A DNA stretch of 64,000 nucleotides from Candidatus Altimarinota bacterium (GCA_965231215.1 OZ246423.1:1248001-1312000), one strand, 5' to 3'. Numbered from the stretch's first letter, positions 1 to 8,900 are shown. Notes: a model not told the origin generated them from the sequence alone. Translations and numbers: made by a program.

Positions 1-34
1 TCGTTCCCCCATCTTATTTTTTAATCAAATAAAA

Positions 35-187
35 ATGTCTAAAGAATATAAAACTCCTTCTCAATTTATATCTGATTTTAAATCTACTTCTGATCCAGAA
101 GAACAACTAAAAATCGCTAAGAGGTATGCAAATCAAAATTATAAAAAAGGTTTGATGCACACCTTTAATAAAAAATTTAATCGTTAA
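35..187 (+). CDS. Small hypothetical protein (50 aa, MSKEYKTPSQF...KKFNR)
   Basis: ATG at 35 and TAA at 185-187, read by hand; ends 4 nt before the rep ATG; same T-rich codon style. Confidence 0.55.
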   Translation: MSKEYKTPSQFISDFKSTSDPEEQLKIAKRYANQNYKKGLMHTFNKKFNR

Positions 188-191
188 AAAT

Positions 192-1160
192 ATGAAATCT
201 AAATACCTTTATTTTGGTTTAGACTTTCTTCGTCTAAATTTCAAGTCTAGTTATAAAAATATTAGATTTGATAATTATTTTTCTGGACTATCTGCTAACT
301 CAAATTTTAAAACGGTAGATTGGTTCGGTCTTACTTTTAACTGTACTTTCACTCAAACCGGTAATAAAAAAATTCTTATATTTAATTATAATGATTTTCC
401 TGTTTTTGTTTTGGAAGAATTTTTAGATGGTGGGATTAATACTCATACATCTTATGTAATTCAGTTTTATAGTGCTTTTTTTTATATAAAAGAACTGGAT
501 TTATTTTTGTTCGCTTTTTTAAATTATTATGGTCGTTACTGCTATATAACTCGCTTCGATATAGCTTTGGATGTTCCCTTGTCCATAAGTGATTTCGTTT
601 CAAAAGGGTATTCTACTAAGTTTCGAAAGGGGGCTAAGTTTGGTTTAAATGAAAATACTGGTGAATTTGAAACTTGGTATCTCGGGGCTAAAGGATGCTC
701 AAATAAAAAACACTTTATAAGAATCTATAACAAACTTTTAGACTCAAAGAAAAAATCAAAAATGATGCTTTTTTGGCAATACTTTGATTTTGAGGATGTC
801 ACCAGAATTGAAGTACAGGTTAATTCTCAATCCTGTTCTGTCTTTGGTGCAATACCGGATAATATAACAGATATTAACTTTCTCGGTTCTGTTTTTAAGT
901 CTTGTGCTGTAAATAAATCAGGCACTATTTTTAATCACTTAGAGGATTTAGATTTTATAAATTCTTCTTCTCTAATTGCTTATAAAAAGCCTAAAAAATC
1001 AGATATTATTGACAAACTTTCTTACGCTAAAACCATGCTTGGCTATGCTCAAACTTTATTGGATCAAGGTTTTGATCCTGTTTTGTTTTTAAGAGATAAT
1101 TTGAAAGATAATCAACCCAAGTATTCCAATGATAATTCCTCCAATCATGTACCAGTTTAG
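192..1160 (+). CDS. Rolling-circle replication initiator / relaxase, Rep_trans (RstA/NicK-like) family
   Basis: Motifs ITRFDIALD (R-x-D-x-A-x-D), TWYLG...IRIYNK (catalytic Tyr region) and TRIEVQV. Confidence 0.8.
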   Translation: MKSKYLYFGLDFLRLNFKSSYKNIRFDNYFSGLSANSNFKTVDWFGLTFNCTFTQTGNKKILIFNYNDFPVFVLEEFLDGGINTHTSYVIQFYSAFFYIKELDLFLFAFLNYYGRYCYITRFDIALDVPLSISDFVSKGYSTKFRKGAKFGLNENTGEFETWYLGAKGCSNKKHFIRIYNKLLDSKKKSKMMLFWQYFDFEDVTRIEVQVNSQSCSVFGAIPDNITDINFLGSVFKSCAVNKSGTIFNHLEDLDFINSSSLIAYKKPKKSDIIDKLSYAKTMLGYAQTLLDQGFDPVLFLRDNLKDNQPKYSNDNSSNHVPV

Positions 1161-1565
1161 AGGCATTTCTTCGTTATCTTTTAGTTCTAATTTTTCTATT
1201 ATCTCCGATTTCCCGATACACATTATCCTCATATTTGCACATTCTTTTCTTGTATAACTGTCTATTTCCAATGTGGTAAACATTATTCCTTTGTTTATTC
1301 CGTCTCTCAAAAGACAACCTCCTAAACACCTTACTTCTTTAACTGGTAAGGTGTTTAGTTTTTTTGTACCTTTATTCCATTTTTTACATTGTGTGTATAT
1401 TTTTTCTCCTCCAAATTCTGATATGACATCTACTCCCCTATCTCCGAAAGATTTAGTCACATAAATTTTTTTGTGTCCCATTAGCTCTAAAAATTCTTTA
1501 GCAAAAAATTCAAACTGTCTTGGGGTTAGGCTTTTGACTTGTTGGAATGTCTTATATTTAGTCAT
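1089..1565 (-). CDS. Mrr-like (Mrr_cat) restriction endonuclease domain protein with C-terminal TM helix
   Basis: LTPRQFEFF...GDRGVDVI...TQCKKW...V.EVR.L.G pattern (D..QxK); hydrophobic tail WYMIGGIIIGILGLIIFQII. Confidence 0.8.
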   Translation of the reverse strand: MTKYKTFQQVKSLTPRQFEFFAKEFLELMGHKKIYVTKSFGDRGVDVISEFGGEKIYTQCKKWNKGTKKLNTLPVKEVRCLGGCLLRDGINKGIMFTTLEIDSYTRKECANMRIMCIGKSEIIEKLELKDNEEMPLNWYMIGGIIIGILGLIIFQIIS

Positions 1566-1986
1566 CTTTGAAAATTGTCCTATACATGTGGTCTATACAT
1601 TTTTCAGCTGTTTTTGATTCTGCCTTTTCGTTCATAAAATCTTTTAAGGCAGTAATTTTTCTTTCGATCTCAGGTGTTTTTTCGATTTGTATGTATTTTT
1701 TACCCATTTTGGTATTTTTTTGAATTTCCCGGATTTTAAAATTAAATCCTTCTTTCCGTATTATATATTCTTTCTTGGTCTTTCTTTCAACTCCATATTT
1801 CTGTTCTCTAAAATCTTCATCATCTATATACGATGTATATTCTCCACAATTTTCACATTTTAACTTCCCTACTTCTTCATCGTATCTTAAATTTTTATGC
1901 CTAAACTCTCTTTCAGGGTAAGGGAATTTATATCTTTCTTTGTAGCATTTTTCGCATCTGGCTTTTACAATATTGATGTTAACCAT
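1558..1986 (-). CDS. Hypothetical Zn-ribbon protein (CEKC...CENC), Lys/Glu-rich
   Basis: ORF track 1558..2043 starts at TTG; ATG at 1986 preferred; two CxxC pairs; stop overlaps the Mrr start region. Confidence 0.65.
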   Translation of the reverse strand: MVNINIVKARCEKCYKERYKFPYPEREFRHKNLRYDEEVGKLKCENCGEYTSYIDDEDFREQKYGVERKTKKEYIIRKEGFNFKIREIQKNTKMGKKYIQIEKTPEIERKITALKDFMNEKAESKTAEKCIDHMYRTIFKDD

Positions 1987-2050
1987 TTTGTAGGGTTTTA
2001 AGTTTAACAAATCCCTACTAACTGCTTGACGATTATGTGTCAAATTTTAT

Positions 2051-2118
2051 TTTAATATTAATTAATGTAAATTTAATATTAAATAGTATACTTTTAATAT
2101 GAAAATGCTTGTTTTCAA
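2051..2118. repeat. Three TTTAATAT boxes at 21-bp period (2051, 2072, 2093) plus TGAAAA-N6-TTTTCA inverted repeat (2100-2117)
   Basis: Read directly; includes the perfect palindrome ATTTAATATTAAAT at 2071-2084. Confidence 0.55.
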
Positions 2119-2231
2119 GTGAATATTATTGTTTATATTGTTTTAATTAAAAACACACTTAAAACCAGCCTATCAAAAAATTACTACATAAAAATTTGGA
2201 AGCCTTATTCATTCTTCTTTATAATCAACCT

Positions 2232-2636
2232 ATGAAAAAAAATAAAAACTCACAACCGATGACTATTTTATATTCCTTTGTACTGTGGACTACCTCTGTT
2301 GTAGTTTCGGTATTTTTTTCTGTATTTATAGTTCAGATTTATATACTTGGAAGCTTTAACATTGATAAAAGCGCTCGAACTGAAAGCTTTAATAAAAAAG
2401 TTCAATGTAAAGGGCTTGAATACCAAATTTTTGGAATTATCCCTGAAGATAAAAAAGCAGGCTTTCAGGGTATGGTTTATGATCCACGCCTAGATACTTG
2501 TGTGCTTGGGAATATTGTAGAGATCAAGGATGACGCAGGGGAAATCAAAAATATTTTTGTTGTTGAAGACGTGCTTAATAGAAAAATCTTGAGCCAGCAA
2601 GAAGTCCAAACAGCACCTCAACAAGTCCTTCAATAG
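2232..2636 (+). CDS. Hypothetical membrane-anchored protein (N-terminal TM)
   Basis: ORF track 2196..2636; ATG 2232 lies 6 nt after TATAAT (2220-2225); basic N-terminus followed by a hydrophobic helix. Confidence 0.7.
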   Translation: MKKNKNSQPMTILYSFVLWTTSVVVSVFFSVFIVQIYILGSFNIDKSARTESFNKKVQCKGLEYQIFGIIPEDKKAGFQGMVYDPRLDTCVLGNIVEIKDDAGEIKNIFVVEDVLNRKILSQQEVQTAPQQVLQ

Positions 2637-2663
2637 GATTTTAATATAAAACAATAATTCCTT

Positions 2664-2699
2664 TTGACATTGAGTTTGAGCAGAATAAAATCGCGCTCG
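2664..2699 (+). promoter_or_regulatory. Sigma70-type promoter of ntpD
   Basis: TTGACA (2664-2669), 16 nt spacer, TAAAAT (2686-2691), then GC-rich CGCGCTCG. Confidence 0.7.
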
Positions 2700-2720
2700 T
2701 ACAATATTTGATTGTAAAAT

Positions 2721-3374
2721 ATGGCAATAAAAAACGTTACCGCAACTCGTATGACTATGCTGGGTCTAAAAAATCAGTCTAGTGTCGCTAAAAGAGGACA
2801 CAAATTACTGAAAGATAAGCAAGATGGTCTCATGCAAGAATTTTTAGCTATTGTGCATAAAGCCAAAGCTCTTCGTATGGAAGTTGAAGTTGCTATTAAA
2901 GCCGCTAATAATAGTTTTTTACTAGCTCAGGCAAGTATGCCAAAAGAAGTATTAGAAAACGTGCTTTCTAATCCTGCACAAAGTCTAAAACTAGAGGTAA
3001 AAACAAAAAATGTAATGTCGGTTCGTATACCGGTATTTCAACTAAAAACAGAAGGAAACGCTCTTCACTACGGTTTAGCTCAAACCAGAGGTGAACTAGA
3101 CCTGGCTATTTCTGAGTTTGCTAAGGTGTTTACCCTGCTACTAGAACTTGCTGAAATTGAAAAAGCCGCTGAAAATTTAGCCCTTGAAATTGAAAAAACT
3201 CGTCGAAGAGTAAATGCGCTTGAACATAGATTAATTCCAGATCTCGAAGACACGCTGAAATTCATCAAGATGAAACTTGGTGAAGCTGAGCGTTCAGCAA
3301 TTGTGCAAGTGATGGCTATTAAGAATATGATTGAAGCTCAAGAAGCTGAAGCTCAAATGAAGCAGGTAGCATAA
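2721..3374 (+). CDS. ntpD: V/A-type ATP synthase subunit D
   Basis: ATRM.ML.LK...AKRGHKLLKDKQDGL and EIEKTRRRVNALEH.LIP motifs. Confidence 0.95.
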   Translation: MAIKNVTATRMTMLGLKNQSSVAKRGHKLLKDKQDGLMQEFLAIVHKAKALRMEVEVAIKAANNSFLLAQASMPKEVLENVLSNPAQSLKLEVKTKNVMSVRIPVFQLKTEGNALHYGLAQTRGELDLAISEFAKVFTLLLELAEIEKAAENLALEIEKTRRRVNALEHRLIPDLEDTLKFIKMKLGEAERSAIVQVMAIKNMIEAQEAEAQMKQVA

Positions 3375-3396
3375 ATTTTTATTTTTATTAATTCAC

Positions 3397-4581
3397 ATGA
3401 AAAGTTTTTGGATGATTCCAGTTTTGAGTATTTTATTTGTTCAGTCTGTTTTGGCTGCAGCGCCTAGCCCTGATCAATATGCCTTTGAACAAAAATTAAA
3501 CTTTGCCCCTGTAAGTACGGAAAAGACCGTTAAAGTAACCCTTAATGAAGATGTACTCAGGCATACCGCTACTGAGTTTGAAAATTTTCAAGTACTTAAT
3601 GATTTGAATGGTGAAGCCGTTTTTGTGCTTCATCCAGAAGCGGCTGGAAAAGTAAAGGAATTCGGGCCTATTAATATTTCTTCTGGAATGAAAGAAACAC
3701 CAGGCAGTAATTTGTTAGACGATAACCGACTTACTGAATTTGCTTTTGATCAAAAAGTAACCTCAGAAGAACCAGCTACTGTATTTATTGATTTTGGAAA
3801 AATCGTGAATCTTCATCGGCTAGAGTCATGGGTGGCAAGTAGAGGGAAAGTTTTGGGAATGGAAATTCGAGGCGGAGTGACCCAAAATAGAATGAAAACT
3901 ATTCGTAGAAAATCCGAGTTTAAGGCTGTGATTGATACGAACTTTCCCCCACTGCAGTTTTTGGAAATTTCATTCTGGGGATCAAGACTCTATTTCGAAG
4001 ATATCCTGTTTTATCAAAAACAATCTGTAGATGTGTATTTTACAGCTCAGCCAGATAGACGGTACCGAATTCTTTATGGTAATCCAAAAATAAAATCTAA
4101 AAGGTATAAGGGGGTCGTACACGAAGCCCAAGAATTTGATATTGAAGCTCGAACCGCCAATGGAACCTTTAATCCCCTAGCGAGTGATGATTTTGATGAT
4201 GATGGGGTTATCAATGAGGAAGACAACTGTTTCTTTGTTTCAAATAAATCTCAAAATGATGAGGATTCAGATGGAGTTGGAGACAAATGTGATAACGCTA
4301 AAGCCGTAAAAAACTTTGCCCAATCTGATGTAGATAATGATGGAATTGGTGATATTATCGATAACTGTAAACTTGAAGCGAATCCAGATCAAAAGGATAA
4401 AGATCGTGACGGAATTGGAGATGTATGCGATGCGGCTCCTGAAACTAAAGATATTAGTGATAAAGCGCATTCAACCTACATACCTAAAAAACCAAACACC
4501 CCCTTCCCTCTTTTTGTGATTTTTGGGTTAATTTTGGCAGCAGCTGGATATTTTGGATATAAAAAATATTTAAAGAAATAG
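3397..4581 (+). CDS. Surface protein with signal peptide, discoidin-like region, thrombospondin type-3 Ca-binding repeats and C-terminal TM anchor
   Basis: Repeated DxDxDG(V/I)GDxCDNC...NPDQxD motifs; N-terminal signal ending VLA; C-terminal TM plus KKYLKK. Confidence 0.8.
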   Translation: MKSFWMIPVLSILFVQSVLAAAPSPDQYAFEQKLNFAPVSTEKTVKVTLNEDVLRHTATEFENFQVLNDLNGEAVFVLHPEAAGKVKEFGPINISSGMKETPGSNLLDDNRLTEFAFDQKVTSEEPATVFIDFGKIVNLHRLESWVASRGKVLGMEIRGGVTQNRMKTIRRKSEFKAVIDTNFPPLQFLEISFWGSRLYFEDILFYQKQSVDVYFTAQPDRRYRILYGNPKIKSKRYKGVVHEAQEFDIEARTANGTFNPLASDDFDDDGVINEEDNCFFVSNKSQNDEDSDGVGDKCDNAKAVKNFAQSDVDNDGIGDIIDNCKLEANPDQKDKDRDGIGDVCDAAPETKDISDKAHSTYIPKKPNTPFPLFVIFGLILAAAGYFGYKKYLKK

Positions 4582-4648
4582 ACAAGCTTAGTTAATTTAA
4601 AAAAGTCGTTTTTTATGCTAGAATAAGGCGAAATTTATACATTTAATT

Positions 4649-5260
4649 ATGACTCAAACAGAACCTAAAGCCCATCTAGTTCCAATGGTAGTTGAAAAAA
4701 CTGACATGGGAGAAAGATCGTACGATATTTATTCGAGACTCTTAAAAGATCGTGTAATTTTTATTGGAACGGCTATTGACGCTCATGTGGCTAATTTAAC
4801 GATTGCTCAATTACTTTTCCTTGAATCTGAGAACAGTAAAAAAGATATCACTATTTACGTAAATTCCCCTGGAGGATCTGTTTCAGCAGGTCTAGCAATG
4901 ATCGATACGATGAATTATGTAAAACCGGATGTTTCAACGGTTTGTGTTGGAATGGCCGCTTCAATGGGGGCAATGATTTTGATGTCCGGGACACGCGGAA
5001 AACGATTCGCCCTTCCCCACTCTGAAGTAATGATTCATCAGCCATTAGGCGGAACTCAAGGACAAGCCTCTGACATTGCGATTCATGCCCAACATATTTT
5101 GGATACCAAAGATATCTTGTACGATATGATCCATGAATGTACTGGTCAAGACCGAGAACAGATCATTACCGATTGTGATCGTGATAACTTTATTAAAGCT
5201 TCAGAGGCGGTTAAGTATGGTAAATATGGACTTATTGATAAAGTTATTGAACGGAAATAG
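4649..5260 (+). CDS. clpP: ATP-dependent Clp protease proteolytic subunit
   Basis: [30 protein letters not shown] (catalytic Ser), MIHQPLGG (His). Confidence 0.97.
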   Translation: MTQTEPKAHLVPMVVEKTDMGERSYDIYSRLLKDRVIFIGTAIDAHVANLTIAQLLFLESENSKKDITIYVNSPGGSVSAGLAMIDTMNYVKPDVSTVCVGMAASMGAMILMSGTRGKRFALPHSEVMIHQPLGGTQGQASDIAIHAQHILDTKDILYDMIHECTGQDREQIITDCDRDNFIKASEAVKYGKYGLIDKVIERK

Positions 5261-5264
5261 TAAT

Positions 5265-5762
5265 TCAGAAGACCAAATCACGAACAAAAGTCCGAATTTG
5301 ATTACTTATAAGTGTTATGTTTAAAGTTCCTGCAGAATCCTCTTTCAGAGAAATAGCATGCCAACCAAGAAGTGGTTTTTCAGAGTAAGCATCAATGTTT
5401 ACTATGTCTCCAGATTTTTTATTGAAAATAGCTAATTCATCGTCACTAAAAAGCTTGCTTTTTAATTGAGCTAAAGAAATTCCTTCGCCCCTAATATCAG
5501 AAAGGTGTGCGTGAGGGATTCTAAGCAGGTTTCTCACCCTGCTATTTACAAAAATGGCTGCTTCTCCCCAATTTTCCCAAATTCTATTTTCCACAGGAAT
5601 AGGGGTTGTTGTCGTAGTAAAGGATATAATAGTTTTATCAGTAGGAGATTCATTGATTATTGATGTTGCTAGATCAGCCCTTGAGATAGTATTATCATCT
5701 AGGTTGTATTTATAATCTGCTGTTGATGATCTAAACCGTAAAATTTCTTTGTTTGCCCCCAT
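5265..5762 (-). CDS. Hypothetical protein (165 aa)
   Basis: Uninterrupted ORF filling the gap convergent on clpP; TTGACA on the - strand upstream near 5811-5816. Confidence 0.6.
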   Translation of the reverse strand: MGANKEILRFRSSTADYKYNLDDNTISRADLATSIINESPTDKTIISFTTTTTPIPVENRIWENWGEAAIFVNSRVRNLLRIPHAHLSDIRGEGISLAQLKSKLFSDDELAIFNKKSGDIVNIDAYSEKPLLGWHAISLKEDSAGTLNITLISNQIRTFVRDLVF

Positions 5763-5826
5763 TAAAAATCCTTTAAGTTCATTTTAAATAAGTAATTTAT
5801 AATGTAATTGTGTCAAATTTTACCCA

Positions 5827-5928
5827 AATAAACCTTCGAAAATTTTAATATGCGGATTTCAATCGTTTTGAAAAGCCTCTCCATTTCTCCATTAAAAACC
5901 TATGATGATAATTTTCGAAGGTTTTATT
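5827..5928. repeat. ~100-bp element bounded by a 15-bp perfect inverted repeat
   Basis: AAACCTTCGAAAATT (5830-5844) and AATTTTCGAAGGTTT (5910-5924); internal small hairpin TTTCAA-TCGTT-TTGAAA. Confidence 0.7.
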
Positions 5929-5968
5929 AAAAAAGTATGACAAAGTATAAAAAAAATCATCCAAACCT

Positions 5969-6003
5969 TTGACATACGGCTCTTGACTCATAGAATTCGC
6001 GAG
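5969..6003 (+). promoter_or_regulatory. Sigma70-type promoter of ntpB
   Basis: TTGACA (5969-5974), 16 nt spacer, TAGAAT (5991-5996), then TCGCGAG. Confidence 0.7.
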
Positions 6004-6028
6004 AATTTACTTTTAAATTGCTTAAAAA

Positions 6029-7411
6029 ATGCAAAAAACCTACGAAAACATTCAGTCAATTGCCGGTCCAATCCTAGTCGTAGACGGAGTTGAAGGCGCT
6101 AAGTATGAAGAACTTGTCGAAGTAACTCTTGCCAACGGAGATAAAAAAATGGGAAAAGTGTTAGAAGTACATAAAAATCGAGCGATGGTTCAAATGTTTG
6201 AATCTACTCAAGGTCTTGGGACGGAAGGACTTAAGGCTAAGTTTCTAGGAAAGATTGCGACGCTTGGCGTTTCAGGAGACATGCTCGGTCGAATTTTCAA
6301 CGGGGCCGGAAAACCTATCGATGGTGGAGCCGAAATTTTGGCTGAAAAACACGTAGATATTGCGGGAGCTTCTATCAATCCTTACTCTCGAGAATTCCCT
6401 TCTGACTTTATTCAGACGGGTGTTTCTTCCTTGGATGTGATGAACACACTTGTACGAGGACAGAAATTGCCAATCTTCTCAGGAGCAGGTCTTCCCCACT
6501 CTGAGTTAGCCGTACAAATTGCCCGAAATGCAAAAGTGAACGATGGTTCAGAATTCGCCGTAGTATTTGGGGCGATGGGAGTAACCTTTGAAGAAGCCAT
6601 GTTCTTCCAAAAAGAATTTGAACGAACTGGAGCTATTGAAAAAGCCACACTCTTTATCAATACTGCAGCCGATCCAGTGGTTGAGCGTATTGCCGTTCCG
6701 CGAATGGCTCTTTCTTATGCTGAGTACTTGGCCTTTGAAAAAGAAATGCATGTACTGGTGATCCTGACAGACCTTACCAACTACGCAGAAGCTCTACGTG
6801 AAGTATCTGCTGCACGTAAAGAAGTTCCAGGTCGTCGTGGATACCCAGGTTATCTATACACGGATCTTTCTACTTTATATGAACGAGCAGGACGAATTAA
6901 AGGGAAAAAAGGTTCTGTGACTCAGATGCCTATCCTTTCAATGCCTGAAGATGATATTACACATCCCATTCCAGATCTAACGGGATATATTACTGAAGGA
7001 CAATTTGTACTAGATCGAGGCCTTCATCAAAAACAAATTGAAGCCCCTGTGGATGTACTTAAATCTCTTTCACGTCTAGCCGGTGCTGGAATGGGAGAAG
7101 GAAAAACGCGAGATGATCACTCAAAACTAAAAGACCAACTCTTTGCCTGTTATGCCCGTGGTAAAGATGTACGTGAATTAGCCGTGGTACTTGGGGAAAG
7201 TTCTCTTTCTGATATTGATAAAACGTACCTTAAATTTGCTGAAGAATTTGAAGCTCAATTCATCGGACAAGGGTTTGATTCTGATCGAAACATTATTGAT
7301 TCATTAGAGCTTGGATGGGAACTTCTAAGACCATTCCCTGTAACAGAACTTAAACGTATTAATCAGAAAACTATTGACGCGTTCCACCCAGATCACCGAG
7401 ACAAGAAGTAA
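6029..7411 (+). CDS. ntpB: V/A-type ATP synthase subunit B
   Basis: [60 protein letters not shown]. Confidence 0.97.
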   Translation: MQKTYENIQSIAGPILVVDGVEGAKYEELVEVTLANGDKKMGKVLEVHKNRAMVQMFESTQGLGTEGLKAKFLGKIATLGVSGDMLGRIFNGAGKPIDGGAEILAEKHVDIAGASINPYSREFPSDFIQTGVSSLDVMNTLVRGQKLPIFSGAGLPHSELAVQIARNAKVNDGSEFAVVFGAMGVTFEEAMFFQKEFERTGAIEKATLFINTAADPVVERIAVPRMALSYAEYLAFEKEMHVLVILTDLTNYAEALREVSAARKEVPGRRGYPGYLYTDLSTLYERAGRIKGKKGSVTQMPILSMPEDDITHPIPDLTGYITEGQFVLDRGLHQKQIEAPVDVLKSLSRLAGAGMGEGKTRDDHSKLKDQLFACYARGKDVRELAVVLGESSLSDIDKTYLKFAEEFEAQFIGQGFDSDRNIIDSLELGWELLRPFPVTELKRINQKTIDAFHPDHRDKK

Positions 7412-7431
7412 TAGACAAAATACTTAAATAG

Positions 7432-7459
7432 AAAAAAGCTCCTCCGGGAGCTTTTTTTT
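7432..7459 (+). terminator. Intrinsic terminator after ntpB (bidirectional form)
   Basis: AAAAAAGCTCC-TCCG-GGAGCTTTTTTTT. Confidence 0.85.
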
Positions 7460-7556
7460 ACCTCAAATATTATATTGAAGTTTGATAAAATTATTAAATT
7501 CTATAGGATCTGAGTAGCTGTTGCTCTTATAGCAAACTTATTATTTTTAGACCTAA

Positions 7557-8639
7557 ATGGCTTTTAAGAAAAAAATTCTCTTTCTCTATAATGGAGGAAC
7601 TATTGGGCAAGAATATCAATATGTAGAAGGAGAAAGAATCCTTTTTCCACCCAATAGCGGAGCAGCTTTTAAAAAAGTCTGTGCTCCTATAATTCAAAAG
7701 TTTGAGAAAAAATTTGAAGTTACCTTTGAGGTAATCACAACTAAAGATTCAACCAATATGATTCCCCCAGATTGGGAGATTTTAATTAATCGTATTGAGA
7801 AAGCGCAGGACGAGGAAGGCTTTGACGCTGTAGGCATAGCCCATGGGACCGATACGTTGCCCTACACAGGAACCGCTCTAGCGCTGGCTCTACACGGAAA
7901 AAATTCAGGATTACAAATTCCAATTTGTCTTACCGGAGCTCAAAATACTATATATGCCCCTGGTGGTGATGCTTTTTTTAATTTAGAAAACTTATTTCGT
8001 GTGTTAGAGGTAGCTATTGATAACGAAGTAGCCGAGGTATTGATCAATTTTTGGAGTCGAGTTCTTTTAGCGGTTCGAGTTACAAAAGTGAGCGAAAGCA
8101 ATTTTGATGCCATGAATTCAAAAGCTTTTCCCAATGTAGGGAATATTAATGCTACTGGTGTTAATTTAGATACTTCCCTGCTCCGGTTAAAATCTGATAC
8201 AAAATCTAGAAAACTAAATATTCAACCACACTTTGGAAGTGGAGTAGTTAGCTTTGATCTTTCGCCGGGGTTTGAACCGAGTGTTTTAAAAAATCTAATA
8301 AACAGCGGCGAGATATCAGCGATTATATTGCGTTCTTTAGGGGAAGGAAATGTTTGCTCAGAAGGGCCTTACAGTTTATTACCCGTGATAAAAGAAGCTA
8401 CGGAAAAACATAGAATTCCCGTTTTTATTGTAACTAAGTTTAGTGGAGGGAAGGTTTCTTCTTCTCACTATGAAGTAGGGTTAAAAGCTATTGAGGCTGG
8501 AGGAATAAGCTGTTATGATCAAACGGATGTAACGGTAGATGTAAAGGTTCGTTGGCTGATTGGTAACCAGCTTTGTAGTTCAATTGAAGATTTCAAAAAA
8601 GCTATGAAAACTAGTTTTGCTGGAGAAGTGACCGTTTAA
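7557..8639 (+). CDS. ansA: L-asparaginase (type I-like, cytoplasmic)
   Basis: NGGTI, DSTNM.P.DW, HGTDT, LTGAQ and SLGEGN motifs. Confidence 0.85.
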   Translation: MAFKKKILFLYNGGTIGQEYQYVEGERILFPPNSGAAFKKVCAPIIQKFEKKFEVTFEVITTKDSTNMIPPDWEILINRIEKAQDEEGFDAVGIAHGTDTLPYTGTALALALHGKNSGLQIPICLTGAQNTIYAPGGDAFFNLENLFRVLEVAIDNEVAEVLINFWSRVLLAVRVTKVSESNFDAMNSKAFPNVGNINATGVNLDTSLLRLKSDTKSRKLNIQPHFGSGVVSFDLSPGFEPSVLKNLINSGEISAIILRSLGEGNVCSEGPYSLLPVIKEATEKHRIPVFIVTKFSGGKVSSSHYEVGLKAIEAGGISCYDQTDVTVDVKVRWLIGNQLCSSIEDFKKAMKTSFAGEVTV

Positions 8640-8687
8640 ATATTGATTTCTCCGGCTATATTTTGATGCATCACTTCATGAGTTTCT

Positions 8688-8867
8688 TTATACGAGAAGT
8701 GTTTGTTGGATTTGATCTTTATAGGCTGCAGCCAATTCTAGTTTTTGCCATTCAAAAATAACGAGCCCTGCAGAAATCAACGACATAATCAAAAAACTAG
8801 AACCCACAGCTAAGGGACTCTGAGGTTTTTCGAAAAAATTATGAACCTTTTCCCGAAAATTAAAATC
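8688..8867 (-). pseudogene. Start-less fragment resembling the N-terminus/S1 helix of an ion-transport (Kv-like) protein
   Basis: Hand translation FREKVHNFFEKPQSPLAVGSSFLIMSLISAGLVIFEWQ...*; no start codon at its 5' end; truncated after one TM. Confidence 0.4.
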
Positions 8868-8900
8868 TTACACTATGCAAAAGCGGTATTTGGTAAAGCT

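Larger units (their letters stand above)
1..2130. mobile_element. Right end of an integrated rolling-circle element (inovirus-like prophage, or integrated plasmid/IME); left end lies outside the window
   Basis: Rep_trans-type gene; + strand visibly more T-rich and AT-rich than downstream DNA, with T-ending codons; Mrr-like cargo gene; repeat-rich AT region at 1990-2130 before host-like genes resume. The boundary is approximate. Confidence 0.6.

Noticed and set aside
5792-5818. XerCD dif-like site (GTAATTTATAA-TGTAA-TTGTGTCAAAT)
   Set aside because: The spacer is 5 bp rather than 6, and the right arm is explained as the - strand -35 (TTGACA) of the 5265-5762 gene.
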